Positions 1 to 9,800 of a stretch of DNA of 57,607 bases are shown piece after piece. The translations under genes and the position numbers were made by a program. The notes below the pieces were generated by a model. It searched no databases, was not told where the DNA came from, and saw nothing but the letters and a program-made list of their open reading frames with translations. Numbering within the stretch: the first letter of the stretch is position 1; each line of letters begins with the position of its first letter. Source of the stretch: an uncultured bacterium (GTDB lineage Bacteria > Bacteroidota > Bacteroidia > Sphingobacteriales > Sphingobacteriaceae); assembly GCA_903951325.1 (NCBI GenBank), contig CAJBBN010000088.1, positions 1 through 57,607 on the forward strand, written 5' to 3'.

Positions 1-7
1 ACCTATA

Positions 8-943
8 ATGAAAAATAGTGAACTGACTATATTTTTCTTTTTATCATTTCAATCTTTAGTTTTTGGCCAAGAAGGTTTAAAAACTGATGATGGCATTACA
101 CCAAATTCAAATTCAGAAAGAATTAATAATTTATACATTCCGAAATTAGAAATTCCAAAAACTAAAAATTGGGATAAAATAATTTCACATACGGGATACT
201 CCTTACTGTATAACGAAAAATATAAACAAGCAAACTGGGTTGCTTACGAACTAACAAAAGAAGAGACCAATAAAATTGTTGAGCGAAGCAATAAATTTAT
301 TTCCGACCCCAAAGTAAAATCTGTAAACGCATTTGATAAAGACTACAAAGGTTCGGGATATGATAGAGGACATTTAGCGCCAGCAGCAGATATGGGCTGG
401 TCTGCTACCACTATGACGGAATCTTTTTACTACAGTAACATGAGCCCTCAGCAACCAGGGTTTAACAGAGGGATTTGGAAAAAATTAGAAGAGTTAGTGA
501 GAACTTGGGCAATTGAAAACAAGGCAGTTTATGTAGTTACTGGTCCTGTATTAGCTAAAGGGCTTTCCACAATAGGGTATAATAAAATTGCTGTTCCGAA
601 TTATTATTACAAAGTAATTTTAGATTATCAAAAGCCAAACATAAAAGGCATTGGATTTATTCTCCCAAACGAATCTTCTAAATCTTTACTTCAAAATTAT
701 GCTGTTTCTATTGATAGCGTTGAAAAAGTAACGGGGATAGATTTCTTTTATTTATTAAAAGATCAAGAAGAAAATTTAATTGAAAAAGAATTGTGTATTA
801 ATTGTTGGTCTTGGAAGATTCAAAAAAATTCTGCTGAAAAAAATTCAGCAAGTGTATCTGTGCAATGTAGTGGAATTACTAAAGCAGGCAATAGGTGTAA
901 AAGAAGAACAACTAATGCCAGCGGTAGGTGTTATCAGCATTAG
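8..943 (+). CDS. Secreted DNA/RNA non-specific endonuclease (EndoG/NucA-like) with a Cys/His-rich basic C-terminal tail
   Basis: ATG at 8. Signal peptide ends ...SLVFGQ. Catalytic DRGH motif (GYDRGHLAPAADM) followed by YYSNMSPQQPGFNRGIW, typical of the family. The last ~55 aa carry CINC and QCSG..RCKRR..GRCYQH. Confidence 0.85.
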   Translation: MKNSELTIFFFLSFQSLVFGQEGLKTDDGITPNSNSERINNLYIPKLEIPKTKNWDKIISHTGYSLLYNEKYKQANWVAYELTKEETNKIVERSNKFISDPKVKSVNAFDKDYKGSGYDRGHLAPAADMGWSATTMTESFYYSNMSPQQPGFNRGIWKKLEELVRTWAIENKAVYVVTGPVLAKGLSTIGYNKIAVPNYYYKVILDYQKPNIKGIGFILPNESSKSLLQNYAVSIDSVEKVTGIDFFYLLKDQEENLIEKELCINCWSWKIQKNSAEKNSASVSVQCSGITKAGNRCKRRTTNASGRCYQH

Positions 944-954
944 TATGAAATTTT

Positions 955-999
955 ACATCTTCCGATTTGCATTAGATTAAAATGAAAATCGGAAGATGT
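955..999. terminator. Bidirectional hairpin terminator between convergent genes
   Basis: Perfect 14-bp arms ACATCTTCCGATTT (955-968) and AAATCGGAAGATGT (986-999), followed by TTTTG. Lies between the nuclease stop and the stop of the minus-strand propeller gene. Confidence 0.6.
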
Positions 1000-1019
1000 T
1001 TTGAAAAATGAATTATTTT

Positions 1020-2501
1020 TTACAATGCAGTATGTAGGTAAACTCTTACATGCCCTGAACCGGATCCGTTGATTCCACTATTGGAAGGCGCTCCAATGCC
1101 TACAATTGTTCCGTTCGAAGAAATAGCAACCGAACTTCCTGATGCATCACCACTTGCCTCCCCATCGATTTTTTGGCCTATCAATGTCCATGTACCACTC
1201 ACATTTTTGTATAATTTTACATAACCTTTTTCTGATGAAAACATACTACTTTGAGGTGCTCCAATGGCTACTATTGTTCCATCCGAAGAGATAGCAACAG
1301 ATCGACCAGACCCATCACTAGCGGCATTACCATCGATATCTGATCCAATCTTTGTCCAAGAACTATTACTGTATTGATACACCCTTAACTGACCAGCACT
1401 ATTACCAGTGCCATCATTAAATGGCGCACCAATGGCTACAGTTGTGCCATCTGAAGAAATTGCAACTGAACTTCCAGAGACGTCACCAGCAGCTTCACCG
1501 TCGATATCCGCACCCAACTTTGTCCAAGTACCAGCAATATTTCTATATACTCTTACTTGACCCGAACCGTTGCCATTACCATTGCTATTTTGAGGAGCAC
1601 CTATGGCTACTATAGTTCCATCGGAGGAGATAGCAACAGCTTGACCGGAATTATCATTTGATGATTCACCATCAATATCTGCTCCTATTTTTGTCCAAGC
1701 GTTGTTGCTATATTGGTACACCCTTACTTGACCTGCACTATTGCCATTGTCACTATTAAATGGCGCTCCAATGGCTACAATGTTACCATCCAAAGAGATA
1801 GCAACAGCAGATCCAGACGCATTATTTGTAGCTTCACCGTCAATATCTGCACCCAATTTCGTCCAAGTACCAGCAATATTTCTATACACTCTTACATGCC
1901 CTGAATTAGCTCCATTACCTGAATTACCCGACGCTCCAACGGCTACGGTAGTGCCATCGCTACTTAAAGCAACAGAAATACCTGATTGGTCAAACATAGC
2001 CTCACCATCTATATCTGCACCAATTTGAGCCCAAGCGTTATTGCTGTATTGGTAAACTCTTACCTGACCTGCATCTGATCCGCCACCGGAATTACCAAGC
2101 GCACCAATTGCTATTTTTGTTCCATCTGAAGAGATGGAAACTTTATATCCAGACCGATCGCCTTGTGCTTCGCCATCTATATCAGATCCCAACTTAGTTG
2201 TTGTAGCAGAAGTCAACGACATCTGTCTTGTGCCACCAATAAAATTAACCCAATCGGTTCCATTGTAAATTTGAATTTCTCCATTGGAGCCGCAATTGCT
2301 ACACCAAACCATTAATCCAGCAACAGGCGTGCTGATGGCATTTCTTTGTGCAGCTGTCATACGGGGTGGTAAAAAACCTTTGCTAGTAGAACTAACTTCT
2401 AATTGTGATGCGGCGTTTGGAGAGGCAGTGCCTATGCCTATTTGCGCTTGCGTAAGCGATGTTGCGCATAATAATGCGAAAAGGAGAATGTAATGTTTCA
2501 T
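1020..2501 (-). CDS. Secreted seven-repeat beta-propeller-like protein (FG-GAP/integrin-alpha-like repeats) with a conserved N-terminal CSNCG module
   Basis: Signal peptide ends ...LTQAQ. A ~70-aa N-terminal module (QIGIGT...GFLPPR...WCSNCG...YNGTDWVN) is followed by seven ~56-aa repeats of the form IGADIDGEA..D.SG.SVAISSDGT.VAIGAP.NS....G.VRVY......W. Confidence 0.75.
   Translation of the reverse strand: MKHYILLFALLCATSLTQAQIGIGTASPNAASQLEVSSTSKGFLPPRMTAAQRNAISTPVAGLMVWCSNCGSNGEIQIYNGTDWVNFIGGTRQMSLTSATTTKLGSDIDGEAQGDRSGYKVSISSDGTKIAIGALGNSGGGSDAGQVRVYQYSNNAWAQIGADIDGEAMFDQSGISVALSSDGTTVAVGASGNSGNGANSGHVRVYRNIAGTWTKLGADIDGEATNNASGSAVAISLDGNIVAIGAPFNSDNGNSAGQVRVYQYSNNAWTKIGADIDGESSNDNSGQAVAISSDGTIVAIGAPQNSNGNGNGSGQVRVYRNIAGTWTKLGADIDGEAAGDVSGSSVAISSDGTTVAIGAPFNDGTGNSAGQLRVYQYSNSSWTKIGSDIDGNAASDGSGRSVAISSDGTIVAIGAPQSSMFSSEKGYVKLYKNVSGTWTLIGQKIDGEASGDASGSSVAISSNGTIVGIGAPSNSGINGSGSGHVRVYLHTAL
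1023..2192 (-). repeat. Seven in-frame tandem coding repeats (~56 codons each) with alternating A/B subtype
   Basis: Repeat ends alternate between VRVYQYSNNAW(A/T)(Q/K) and VRVYRNIAGTWTK. The unit is visible at DNA level as recurring gatatcgatgg / ccaatggctac strings on the + strand. Confidence 0.8.
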
Positions 2502-2542
2502 GATGATTTGATAGGGGTTTTCCTATTTAATTTTAAGTTTAT

Positions 2543-2803
2543 TTAACTTGAAGCTACTGAATTATTATTAAATATTTCATCTAACGCTACCGCTAGCATT
2601 TCATCTTTTTCGGTAATGGTATTGCCTGCATCGTGCGTAGTTAATTTAACGGAAACTTTATTATAGACATTGGTCCACTCTGGGTGGTGATTATGAATTG
2701 CAATTTGTTTAGCGGCTAGCTGCATAAAATGCATAGCGGCTTCAAAATCTGCAAAAATGTAGGTCTTGAGTAATACATTATTTTCGTTGATCCAATTCGC
2801 CAT
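2543..2803 (-). CDS. 4a-hydroxytetrahydrobiopterin (pterin-4a-carbinolamine) dehydratase
   Basis: 86 aa, with the characteristic HNHHPEW.NVYN.V.V.L.THD segment of the PCD/DCoH family. Confidence 0.85.
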   Translation of the reverse strand: MANWINENNVLLKTYIFADFEAAMHFMQLAAKQIAIHNHHPEWTNVYNKVSVKLTTHDAGNTITEKDEMLAVALDEIFNNNSVASS

Positions 2804-2822
2804 AATTTATTATAAATGCAAT

Positions 2823-3407
2823 TTACTCTACAACCTCAATCGCCACTTCGTTTCTACGATTAATTACATCCCAAGGCGCATTGTAACCCATATAAATATA
2901 GGGTCCTGTTGTTTTTAAATTATTTTCAGAAATAATAGCAGCTAATTTATTTTTATATTTTTCAATTTTCATTTCGGAAGAAAATCCTCCAAAGCGAATA
3001 ACAGCAAGCACCCTAGCTCTTTCGTTTACAATTTCAACTTTGCTTGAATTGGGTTTAGGCAATTGCGTGCTGTTATATTGTTTAGGCATCATGAAATACA
3101 TACTAGCGGTATCGCCCATTTTCATTACTACTGGCGCGGTCATGGCAATTTTTTGATTGCGATCGTTTCCGCCAAAAATATAACCTGCAATAGTCCTAAA
3201 ACCACCACTCATTTTTTGCTCTTGCGTACTTTGCATTAGCATTGTTTGGGCAACAATCATATTCGGGTATTGTCTAATTTCCATAGACCCGTATTTTTTT
3301 ATCACACTATAAGCGGGCATTTCTATCTTATCAGATTTAAATGCAAATAATACGCCAACAATAACAAGTAATAATACTAGCAATAAAATAGACATGGGCT
3401 TTTTCAT
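2823..3407 (-). CDS. SOUL heme-binding family protein, membrane-anchored or secreted
   Basis: N-terminal hydrophobic segment. Contains Y.V......YE.R.Y, IAMTAPV and a C-terminal GYNAPW....RRNEV pattern typical of SOUL/HBP proteins. Confidence 0.7.
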   Translation of the reverse strand: MKKPMSILLLVLLLVIVGVLFAFKSDKIEMPAYSVIKKYGSMEIRQYPNMIVAQTMLMQSTQEQKMSGGFRTIAGYIFGGNDRNQKIAMTAPVVMKMGDTASMYFMMPKQYNSTQLPKPNSSKVEIVNERARVLAVIRFGGFSSEMKIEKYKNKLAAIISENNLKTTGPYIYMGYNAPWDVINRRNEVAIEVVE

Positions 3408-3492
3408 ATATAATAATACAAAATAAAAGCAATATTGTTTGTTTTGAAAAATACAAAAAATTATATTTAAAAATTAATTAACCATACGATTG

Positions 3493-4257
3493 ATGTTAAA
3501 AAAACTATTTGTATTCGCTTTATTTTTCTCTTTAGTACAATCTAAAGCTATTGCCCAAGGTCTTCCCTCTATTCAATTAGATAGGCCAGACCAAACGGAA
3601 TGCCCTTTTATTACACCAGTAAATTATATTCAAGCGGAGAGCGGGTTTAACATAGAAAATATAAGTGCTAATAGGCAAGTATTAACCACACCAACTGTTT
3701 TGTGGAAATACGGCATCAATAAAAAATTCGAATTAAGGTTTATTACAGAACTGATTACCGATAAAAGTAATTCGGATAAGTTTACTGGTCTTGCGCCCCT
3801 TACTTTTGGTTTTAAAACAGCTTTGTTTGAAGAAAAAGGAATTATTCCAAAAACCTCTTTCATAGGCCATATTACCACTGCCACTTTGGGCAGCGAAAAA
3901 CTACAAACCAAATACATTGCACCATCTTTTCGGTTTACTATGCAACATACTATTTCCGACAAGATGGTTTTAGCGTATAATTTAGGAGCAGAATGGAATG
4001 GAATAGACGCCGCGCAAACTTATATTTATACTTTAACCACAGGCTTTAGCTTAACAGAAAAACTAGGTATGTACACCGAGCTTTACGGTTTTAAAACTGC
4101 TTATGCTAAAGCAGACCACAGGTTTGATGGTGGCTTTACTTACTTAATAAACAATGATTTTATAGCCGATATTTCTGGCGGCTTTAGGTTAACAGACAAC
4201 GGCCCTAAAAATTATATTTCTTTAGGCTTGTCTTATCGTTTTAAAGTTTCGAATTAA
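3493..4257 (+). CDS. Small outer-membrane beta-barrel protein (resembles the MetA-pathway / transporter-type barrel family)
   Basis: The track start (TTG at 3490) is immediately followed by an ATG at 3493. Signal peptide ends ...AIAQ, followed by an LDRPDQTE motif, an alternating beta-strand pattern, and a C-terminus GLSYRFKVSN. The family assignment is from memory only. Confidence 0.55.
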   Translation: MLKKLFVFALFFSLVQSKAIAQGLPSIQLDRPDQTECPFITPVNYIQAESGFNIENISANRQVLTTPTVLWKYGINKKFELRFITELITDKSNSDKFTGLAPLTFGFKTALFEEKGIIPKTSFIGHITTATLGSEKLQTKYIAPSFRFTMQHTISDKMVLAYNLGAEWNGIDAAQTYIYTLTTGFSLTEKLGMYTELYGFKTAYAKADHRFDGGFTYLINNDFIADISGGFRLTDNGPKNYISLGLSYRFKVSN

Positions 4258-5672
4258 TATTTAATAATTTTTACTGGCAAATAATTCGAAGAGCGTAAAA
4301 AGTAAACGCCATTTGTTAGATCGCTTAGGTCTAATACCACATTGTTTTCATCAGTATTTAATTCCGATACTTTTTTACCTAACATATCATATACAGACCA
4401 TGTGTTTTGAGTTTCGGAAAGTCCATTGATGTTTAGCTTATCTTTAAAAGGATTTGGATAAACTTCCAGCTCTTTTTTTAATGATGCTATTCCTGTGTTT
4501 AATTTTATTTTAATAAATTTTTGTCTGATAGTAGTACAAGTAGAATCGTATGCCGCAAAATTAATAAGGCCTCGGGTAAAGTCATCATAGCCATCGTATA
4601 TTTTTGCATCTATAGAAACAGAATCGTTTAAGCAAAAACAATTATTTTCTAATCCTAAATTGAAGTCCGATTTATTTTCTAAGTTGTATAAAATATTATC
4701 GCAGATTTTATTATTCTTAATGAAGGGCAAAACCATTCCAGACATAAATGCTCCGGTAAGACCTAATCCTACTTGGTTTCCGGTGATAATATTATTCTCG
4801 ATTATCGAATTTGCTCCTACAGATAAACCAAGTTGATTGTTTGTAAATAAACTATTTTTTACACTTCCAACTCCAAATGCATCAATACCAGTTCCATTAT
4901 TAATAAATTCACTTGAATCAATTTCCAATGTTCCGTTTTCTTGAAAAACGATATTGTTATTTCTAAAAGTGCAGCGATTAAATTTTCCGGAAATTTGTAA
5001 GAAGCAAGATTGATTATTTTCGAAAACGCAATTGTTAACATTTACTCCATTCGGAATAAATGTCATGCAAGCATAATTGTTTTTATAAATACAATTATTC
5101 GATGTGATAGAACCATATACATATAATACCGTATGGGCAACGCTGTTATTGGTAAATTCGCAATTATTAAATACCATATTGGTATTGATAGACAGCGTAT
5201 AATTATTTTTACTGAATTTACATTCATTAAATACAAGGGTATCTATTAATACATCATCATAATTAATACCATAATAAGAATTATTTAAACTAAAATAATC
5301 CATGTCTATAGATCCACCTTGCGCAGATTTTATCCAGATACCTTGCCATATAAAATCTGTTCCTAAAGTAGGTGTGCTTTCGGGAATAAATGCAATTCGG
5401 TTTGCGCTAGTACCTTTCGCAACTAATTTACCTCGTAATTCTAAATAAACCTGTTCTGAAGTATTGGTTGATTTCTCTTTAATTTTTACCACTACGCCCG
5501 GCTCTATAGTTAAGGTTACATTGGGGAATACCACAACTGGTCCGGTCATAATATATGGGCTATTGGCTTTGGTCCAAGTTGTATTGCTAAAAATTCCGCC
5601 AGAAACATTAGTTTGGGCATATGTATTAGCAAAACCGCTTAAGAAAATTAATAACAACAATAGCTTTTTCAT
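4254..5672 (-). CDS. Right-handed parallel beta-helix repeat protein, T9SS cargo
   Basis: Signal peptide ends ...TYAQ. Many N-rich ~22-aa turns (NNC.F.NN...) typical of pectate-lyase-like beta-helices. C-terminal 71 aa (4257..4469) read VYPNPFKD...GVYFLRS, a T9SS sorting domain. Confidence 0.75.
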   Translation of the reverse strand: MKKLLLLLIFLSGFANTYAQTNVSGGIFSNTTWTKANSPYIMTGPVVVFPNVTLTIEPGVVVKIKEKSTNTSEQVYLELRGKLVAKGTSANRIAFIPESTPTLGTDFIWQGIWIKSAQGGSIDMDYFSLNNSYYGINYDDVLIDTLVFNECKFSKNNYTLSINTNMVFNNCEFTNNSVAHTVLYVYGSITSNNCIYKNNYACMTFIPNGVNVNNCVFENNQSCFLQISGKFNRCTFRNNNIVFQENGTLEIDSSEFINNGTGIDAFGVGSVKNSLFTNNQLGLSVGANSIIENNIITGNQVGLGLTGAFMSGMVLPFIKNNKICDNILYNLENKSDFNLGLENNCFCLNDSVSIDAKIYDGYDDFTRGLINFAAYDSTCTTIRQKFIKIKLNTGIASLKKELEVYPNPFKDKLNINGLSETQNTWSVYDMLGKKVSELNTDENNVVLDLSDLTNGVYFLRSSNYLPVKIIKY

Positions 5673-5760
5673 AGATTCTTTTTACATTTATTTGATAAAC
5701 AAGTAAATATAAAAATAGTTTTAATTAAAGCGCTACCTTAAGCGAAACAGATAAATAATT

Positions 5761-6816
5761 ATGAAAAAATTAACCCTCGCTTTTTTATTAATGATTTTTT
5801 GCAATGGTTTTGTAAAAGCACAAATTGGCATTGGCACCAGTTCGCCAAATGCAAAAGCAGCATTAGATGTATATTCTAACTCTAAAGGTTTTTTGCCACC
5901 TCGTTTAACTTATGCCGAAAAAATTGCAATTACGTCTCCGCCTGCTGGATTAGTTTTGTGGTGTTCTAATTGTGGCACAAATGGAGAGTTGCAAGTGTAT
6001 AATGGAACAGAGTGGGTTAACTTAATAGGCGCTACTGCAAGCCTTGCAGTGCCAACATTAGCAAGCACAACCGCGGCTTCAACTATTGCAGGCACCACTG
6101 CTATTAGTGGCGGAAATGTAAGTAATGACGGAGGTTCAACAATAACTGCCAGGGGAATTTGTTGGAACACAGCTACAAATCCTACAATTACAAATAACAA
6201 AACTACAGAGTCTGGCACCACAGGAAGTTTTACAAGCAATTTAACTGGTTTAAGCGTTAGCACTACTTATTATGTTAGGTCTTATGCTACAAATGGAACT
6301 GGTACTGCATATGGTGCAGAAATTTCATTTGTAACGTCATCTGCTTCTGTTGGTGACCCATATCAAGGCGGTGTGATTGCTTATATATTAGCAGTAGGGG
6401 ATCCGGGTTACATTGCTGGCGAGCAACATGGATTTGTTGCAACCACTGCCGATAAAACTGCCGCAATTTGGGGATGTTCCGGAACTTCGATTACTACTAG
6501 TGGAGCAATTGGCGCTGGAAATGCAAATACAACTGCAATTATAACAACTTGTACAACTGCGGGCATTGCAGCTAAAGTTTGCGCAGATTTAGTAGAGGGC
6601 GGTTACAGCGATTGGTATTTACCAAGTAGAAACGAGTTGACCAAGTTATATACTAACAAAACCAGCATAGGTGGATTTGCGAATGCAGTTTATCTATCTT
6701 CTACTCATTCAAATTTAACGGCTGCAATTGTTAGAGATTTTACGCTCAATGGTGGTGGCGAAACGGAACAAAGCAAAGCAACCGCATATAAATTCAGACC
6801 AGTACGTTCATTTTAA
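5761..6816 (+). CDS. Secreted protein with N-terminal CSNCG module, a middle Ig/Fn3-like segment and a C-terminal DUF1566 (Lcl C-terminal-like) domain
   Basis: Signal peptide ends ...VKAQ. The N-terminal module matches that of 1020..2501. The C-terminal segment GGYSDWYLPSRNELTKLY...YLSST...FRPVRSF is the DUF1566 signature. Confidence 0.75.
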   Translation: MKKLTLAFLLMIFCNGFVKAQIGIGTSSPNAKAALDVYSNSKGFLPPRLTYAEKIAITSPPAGLVLWCSNCGTNGELQVYNGTEWVNLIGATASLAVPTLASTTAASTIAGTTAISGGNVSNDGGSTITARGICWNTATNPTITNNKTTESGTTGSFTSNLTGLSVSTTYYVRSYATNGTGTAYGAEISFVTSSASVGDPYQGGVIAYILAVGDPGYIAGEQHGFVATTADKTAAIWGCSGTSITTSGAIGAGNANTTAIITTCTTAGIAAKVCADLVEGGYSDWYLPSRNELTKLYTNKTSIGGFANAVYLSSTHSNLTAAIVRDFTLNGGGETEQSKATAYKFRPVRSF

Positions 6817-6845
6817 CAAATTTTTTAATGAATGCCACAAAAAAA

Positions 6846-6865
6846 GGGCTTCCAATCGGAAGCCC
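6846..6865. terminator. Bidirectional hairpin terminator
   Basis: GGGCTTCC (6846-6853), loop AATC, GGAAGCCC (6858-6865). Flanked by an A-run upstream and a T-run downstream, between convergent genes. Confidence 0.65.
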
Positions 6866-6889
6866 TTTTTAATTTTTAATAAGGTTGAT

Positions 6890-9800
6890 TTATTTTACAA
6901 TGGCAATTTTACCATTTGATAAACCATTGTTATTTGCATCAATATAATGGTAGAAATAAATTCCTGAACTTAATTGTTCTGTTGAAATTACATTTATGCC
7001 ATCAGTTAATTTTTCAGCAATTAACATTCTGCCATTTAAATCATAAATATTTATTTTACCAGATTTATTTTTCAATTGAACAACATTCAATTGGTTTGCA
7101 GCTGGATTTGGATAAATTTTTACAAAGTTATCTGCTAATACATTTTGTAAACCTTGCACTACAAAAGTGTCAATAGTAATTACATAATCTTCTGTTTCAC
7201 CAGATCCAAATTGCGAACAAGCATCTTTAGCAGTAAGCGTTCCAGCTACTGCTCTAGTACGAATACGCATACCTGTTTTGCCCATTGAGGCATTGGCAGG
7301 AATGCTGATCATTGTTTTGGTAACAGAGTCTAAAATAGAAGTATCTGTAATCGAAATAAATTCGGTAGAATCAAAAGAACCACTGTGGTCAAAATCTATC
7401 CACGCGCCAGCTCTAGACACACCTGCAAATTTCGTCAATAATTCATAAGTAAAATTCTTATGTAAACTAGCTGTTGAATTTCCAGAATCTGGATATGATG
7501 CATAATTATTTAAAGAGCAACCTGTAAACCCGAAATGCATACTTGTGTTTGTAATGTTAACCGAATCAATCGAAGTCAATGAGGTTACACAACCACCACC
7601 TAAGGTACTAGTGCAATAACAATTGTAGAATGGATTAGTTTTTACCAATTGTGCTGCAGTAGTATCATTTAAATTTGAACATGTTAATACACATGCATAA
7701 TAAGTAGCCGTGTTCACGGTGTCTTTTGTACTCAAAGATTGGCTAGTCATGTTTGTCCAATTTTTTCCATCCGAAGATTTAATCCATTGGTAAGTTTGTC
7801 CTAAGCCAATTGTATTTCCTTTAACAGCTAAATTAACAATTCCGCCTGGGCATACTGCCGATTTAGAAGCCACTACATTTCCAGCATTTGGAGGCGCAAT
7901 ACAAGCAGTTGCTTGAATAATATTAATTTTATAATCTTCTGTTTCACCCGAACCAAATGCAGCACAAGCAACTGTTGAGTCGATAACGCCATTTGTAGCA
8001 CGGGTACGAATACGCATGCCTGTTTCACCTGTTAAGGCCGTCAAAGGAATATTTAAATTTGCACTTAATGCAACATTCGCTACACTACTTGTACAAATTA
8101 GTTGCCATTCCGAATTATCAAATTTACCATTATGGTTATAATCAATCCAAACAGATGCCCTAGCAGCACCACTAAATTTAGCTTTCAAAATATAATTTTG
8201 TCCTTGCATTAAAGTTCCAGTAGTACTGCCAGAATTAGGGAAAGAATTATAGGCAGCTGTTCCGCAGCCGGTATTGCCATTATCTAAAGTTGTTCCTTCA
8301 ATAGCTAATGAATCTAAGGCTGTTGCTTGTGTAGTACAATTTCCGCCTATGCCACTTACGCAATAACAATCGCTAAAAGCTTTTACATTTACTTGAACCA
8401 CATTGGTAGTTGCACTAAGTGTACTACAAGTAATCACACATTTGTAAAAACCATTTGCACTTAAAGCAGTAGAATAAACTTTATCTGTTGCTGCAGTAAT
8501 TGCAGTCCAATTGGTATTGTCTGTAGAACTATACCAAGTATAAGTTTGACCAGTACCAATGGTATTACCCGTAATGCTAAAAGTTACTGGACTATTTGCA
8601 CAAGTAAGGGTGTCTGTAACACTTAACACACCTGGGTTTGGCGGTGCAATACATGCACTTGCCGCAACAATGGTAATTAAATAATCTTCTGTTTCGCCAG
8701 AGTTATTAAAGTTGGTACAAGCCGAAGTAGAATCGTTTGTTGAATTAGCTGATCTTGTTCTGATACGCATACCGGTAATACCTGCTTGCGCATTTGCAGG
8801 AATACTGATGTTATTATTGATTACGGTTCCAGTTGCAGAAGTTAAACTCAATTGTTTCCATTCTGAATTTTCGAAAATTCCATTTCTATTGTAGTCAATC
8901 CACACCGATGATTTTACTGAACCAGTAAATTTATTACTCAAGGTATACGTTTCACCTTGCGTTAAACTTGCAGTAGTATTTCCTGAAGCCGGATACGCAA
9001 TGTAGCTGCCGGTTGCACAGCCTGTGCTACCTTTTGCTAATGTAGTATTTGTGAAAGAAACTGAGTCGATAGCAGTTCCTTGACCACCTGTACAACTATT
9101 ACCTAAATTAGTAATGCAATAACAATTGTAAAAAGGATTCATTGTTACATTAACCGAAGTGGAAGTATCTTTTTGACCATTACATTGAATAATACAAGCG
9201 TAATATTTTGCAATGGCTTGGTTAGTTTGATATACAACAGATGTTGCACCAACGATGGTATCCCAAGAAGTATTATTTGTAGAAGACAACCATTGGTAGG
9301 TTAAACCTAAACCGGTACTTGAGCCAGAAAGCGATAAAGTAAAGTTATTTCCCACACAAGCGGCAATTGCTGAGCTTAATGCTGTACCTGCATTTGGAGG
9401 TGTAGTACAAGCCGGTGCAGTAGTAATAGTTAACTGAATATTTGGTCTAAAATTGGTGAGTGTACCATTTATTGTTGGAGGGGTGTTACTACCTGTACCA
9501 CTTTGCCAATACTGTGTACTATTCACTAAGCCTTTGGTAGAAAATCTAAATCCTTTAGAAAGTGCAGTTCCATCTGAACCAGCTGTTCCACCAGAATTTG
9601 TTTCAATAATTATTTCAATATTGGTTTGATTAGCATGTAAAAAAGGCGTGCTAAAAGTAATCGGCACCCAAGTATTTTTTACAAATAAAGTCGAATTTAA
9701 AGTATCTGCAAAAACGAGTGTAGCGCCAGCTTCTTCAGCAGCCACAGTGCTTGCCGTAAAAGTAGTATCTGCTACTTCTTTGATGTAAATTTTTACAGGT

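Noticed and set aside
780-980. A small + strand ORF overlapping the nuclease 3' end and the terminator.
   Set aside because: It is an alternative frame of the nuclease tail that runs into the terminator hairpin. It has no independent start signal or coding character.
1023-2192. Regularly spaced repeats that could suggest a CRISPR-like or satellite array.
   Set aside because: The repeats are in frame and ~168 nt long, have no unique spacers, and encode a coherent propeller-blade motif. This is a coding tandem repeat, not CRISPR.
1421-2493. Track ORFs on the + strand inside the propeller gene (1421..1615, 1713..1904, 1741..2028, 2284..2493).
   Set aside because: These are antisense shadows of a repeat-rich minus-strand gene. 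They have low-complexity translations, no signals and no family resemblance.
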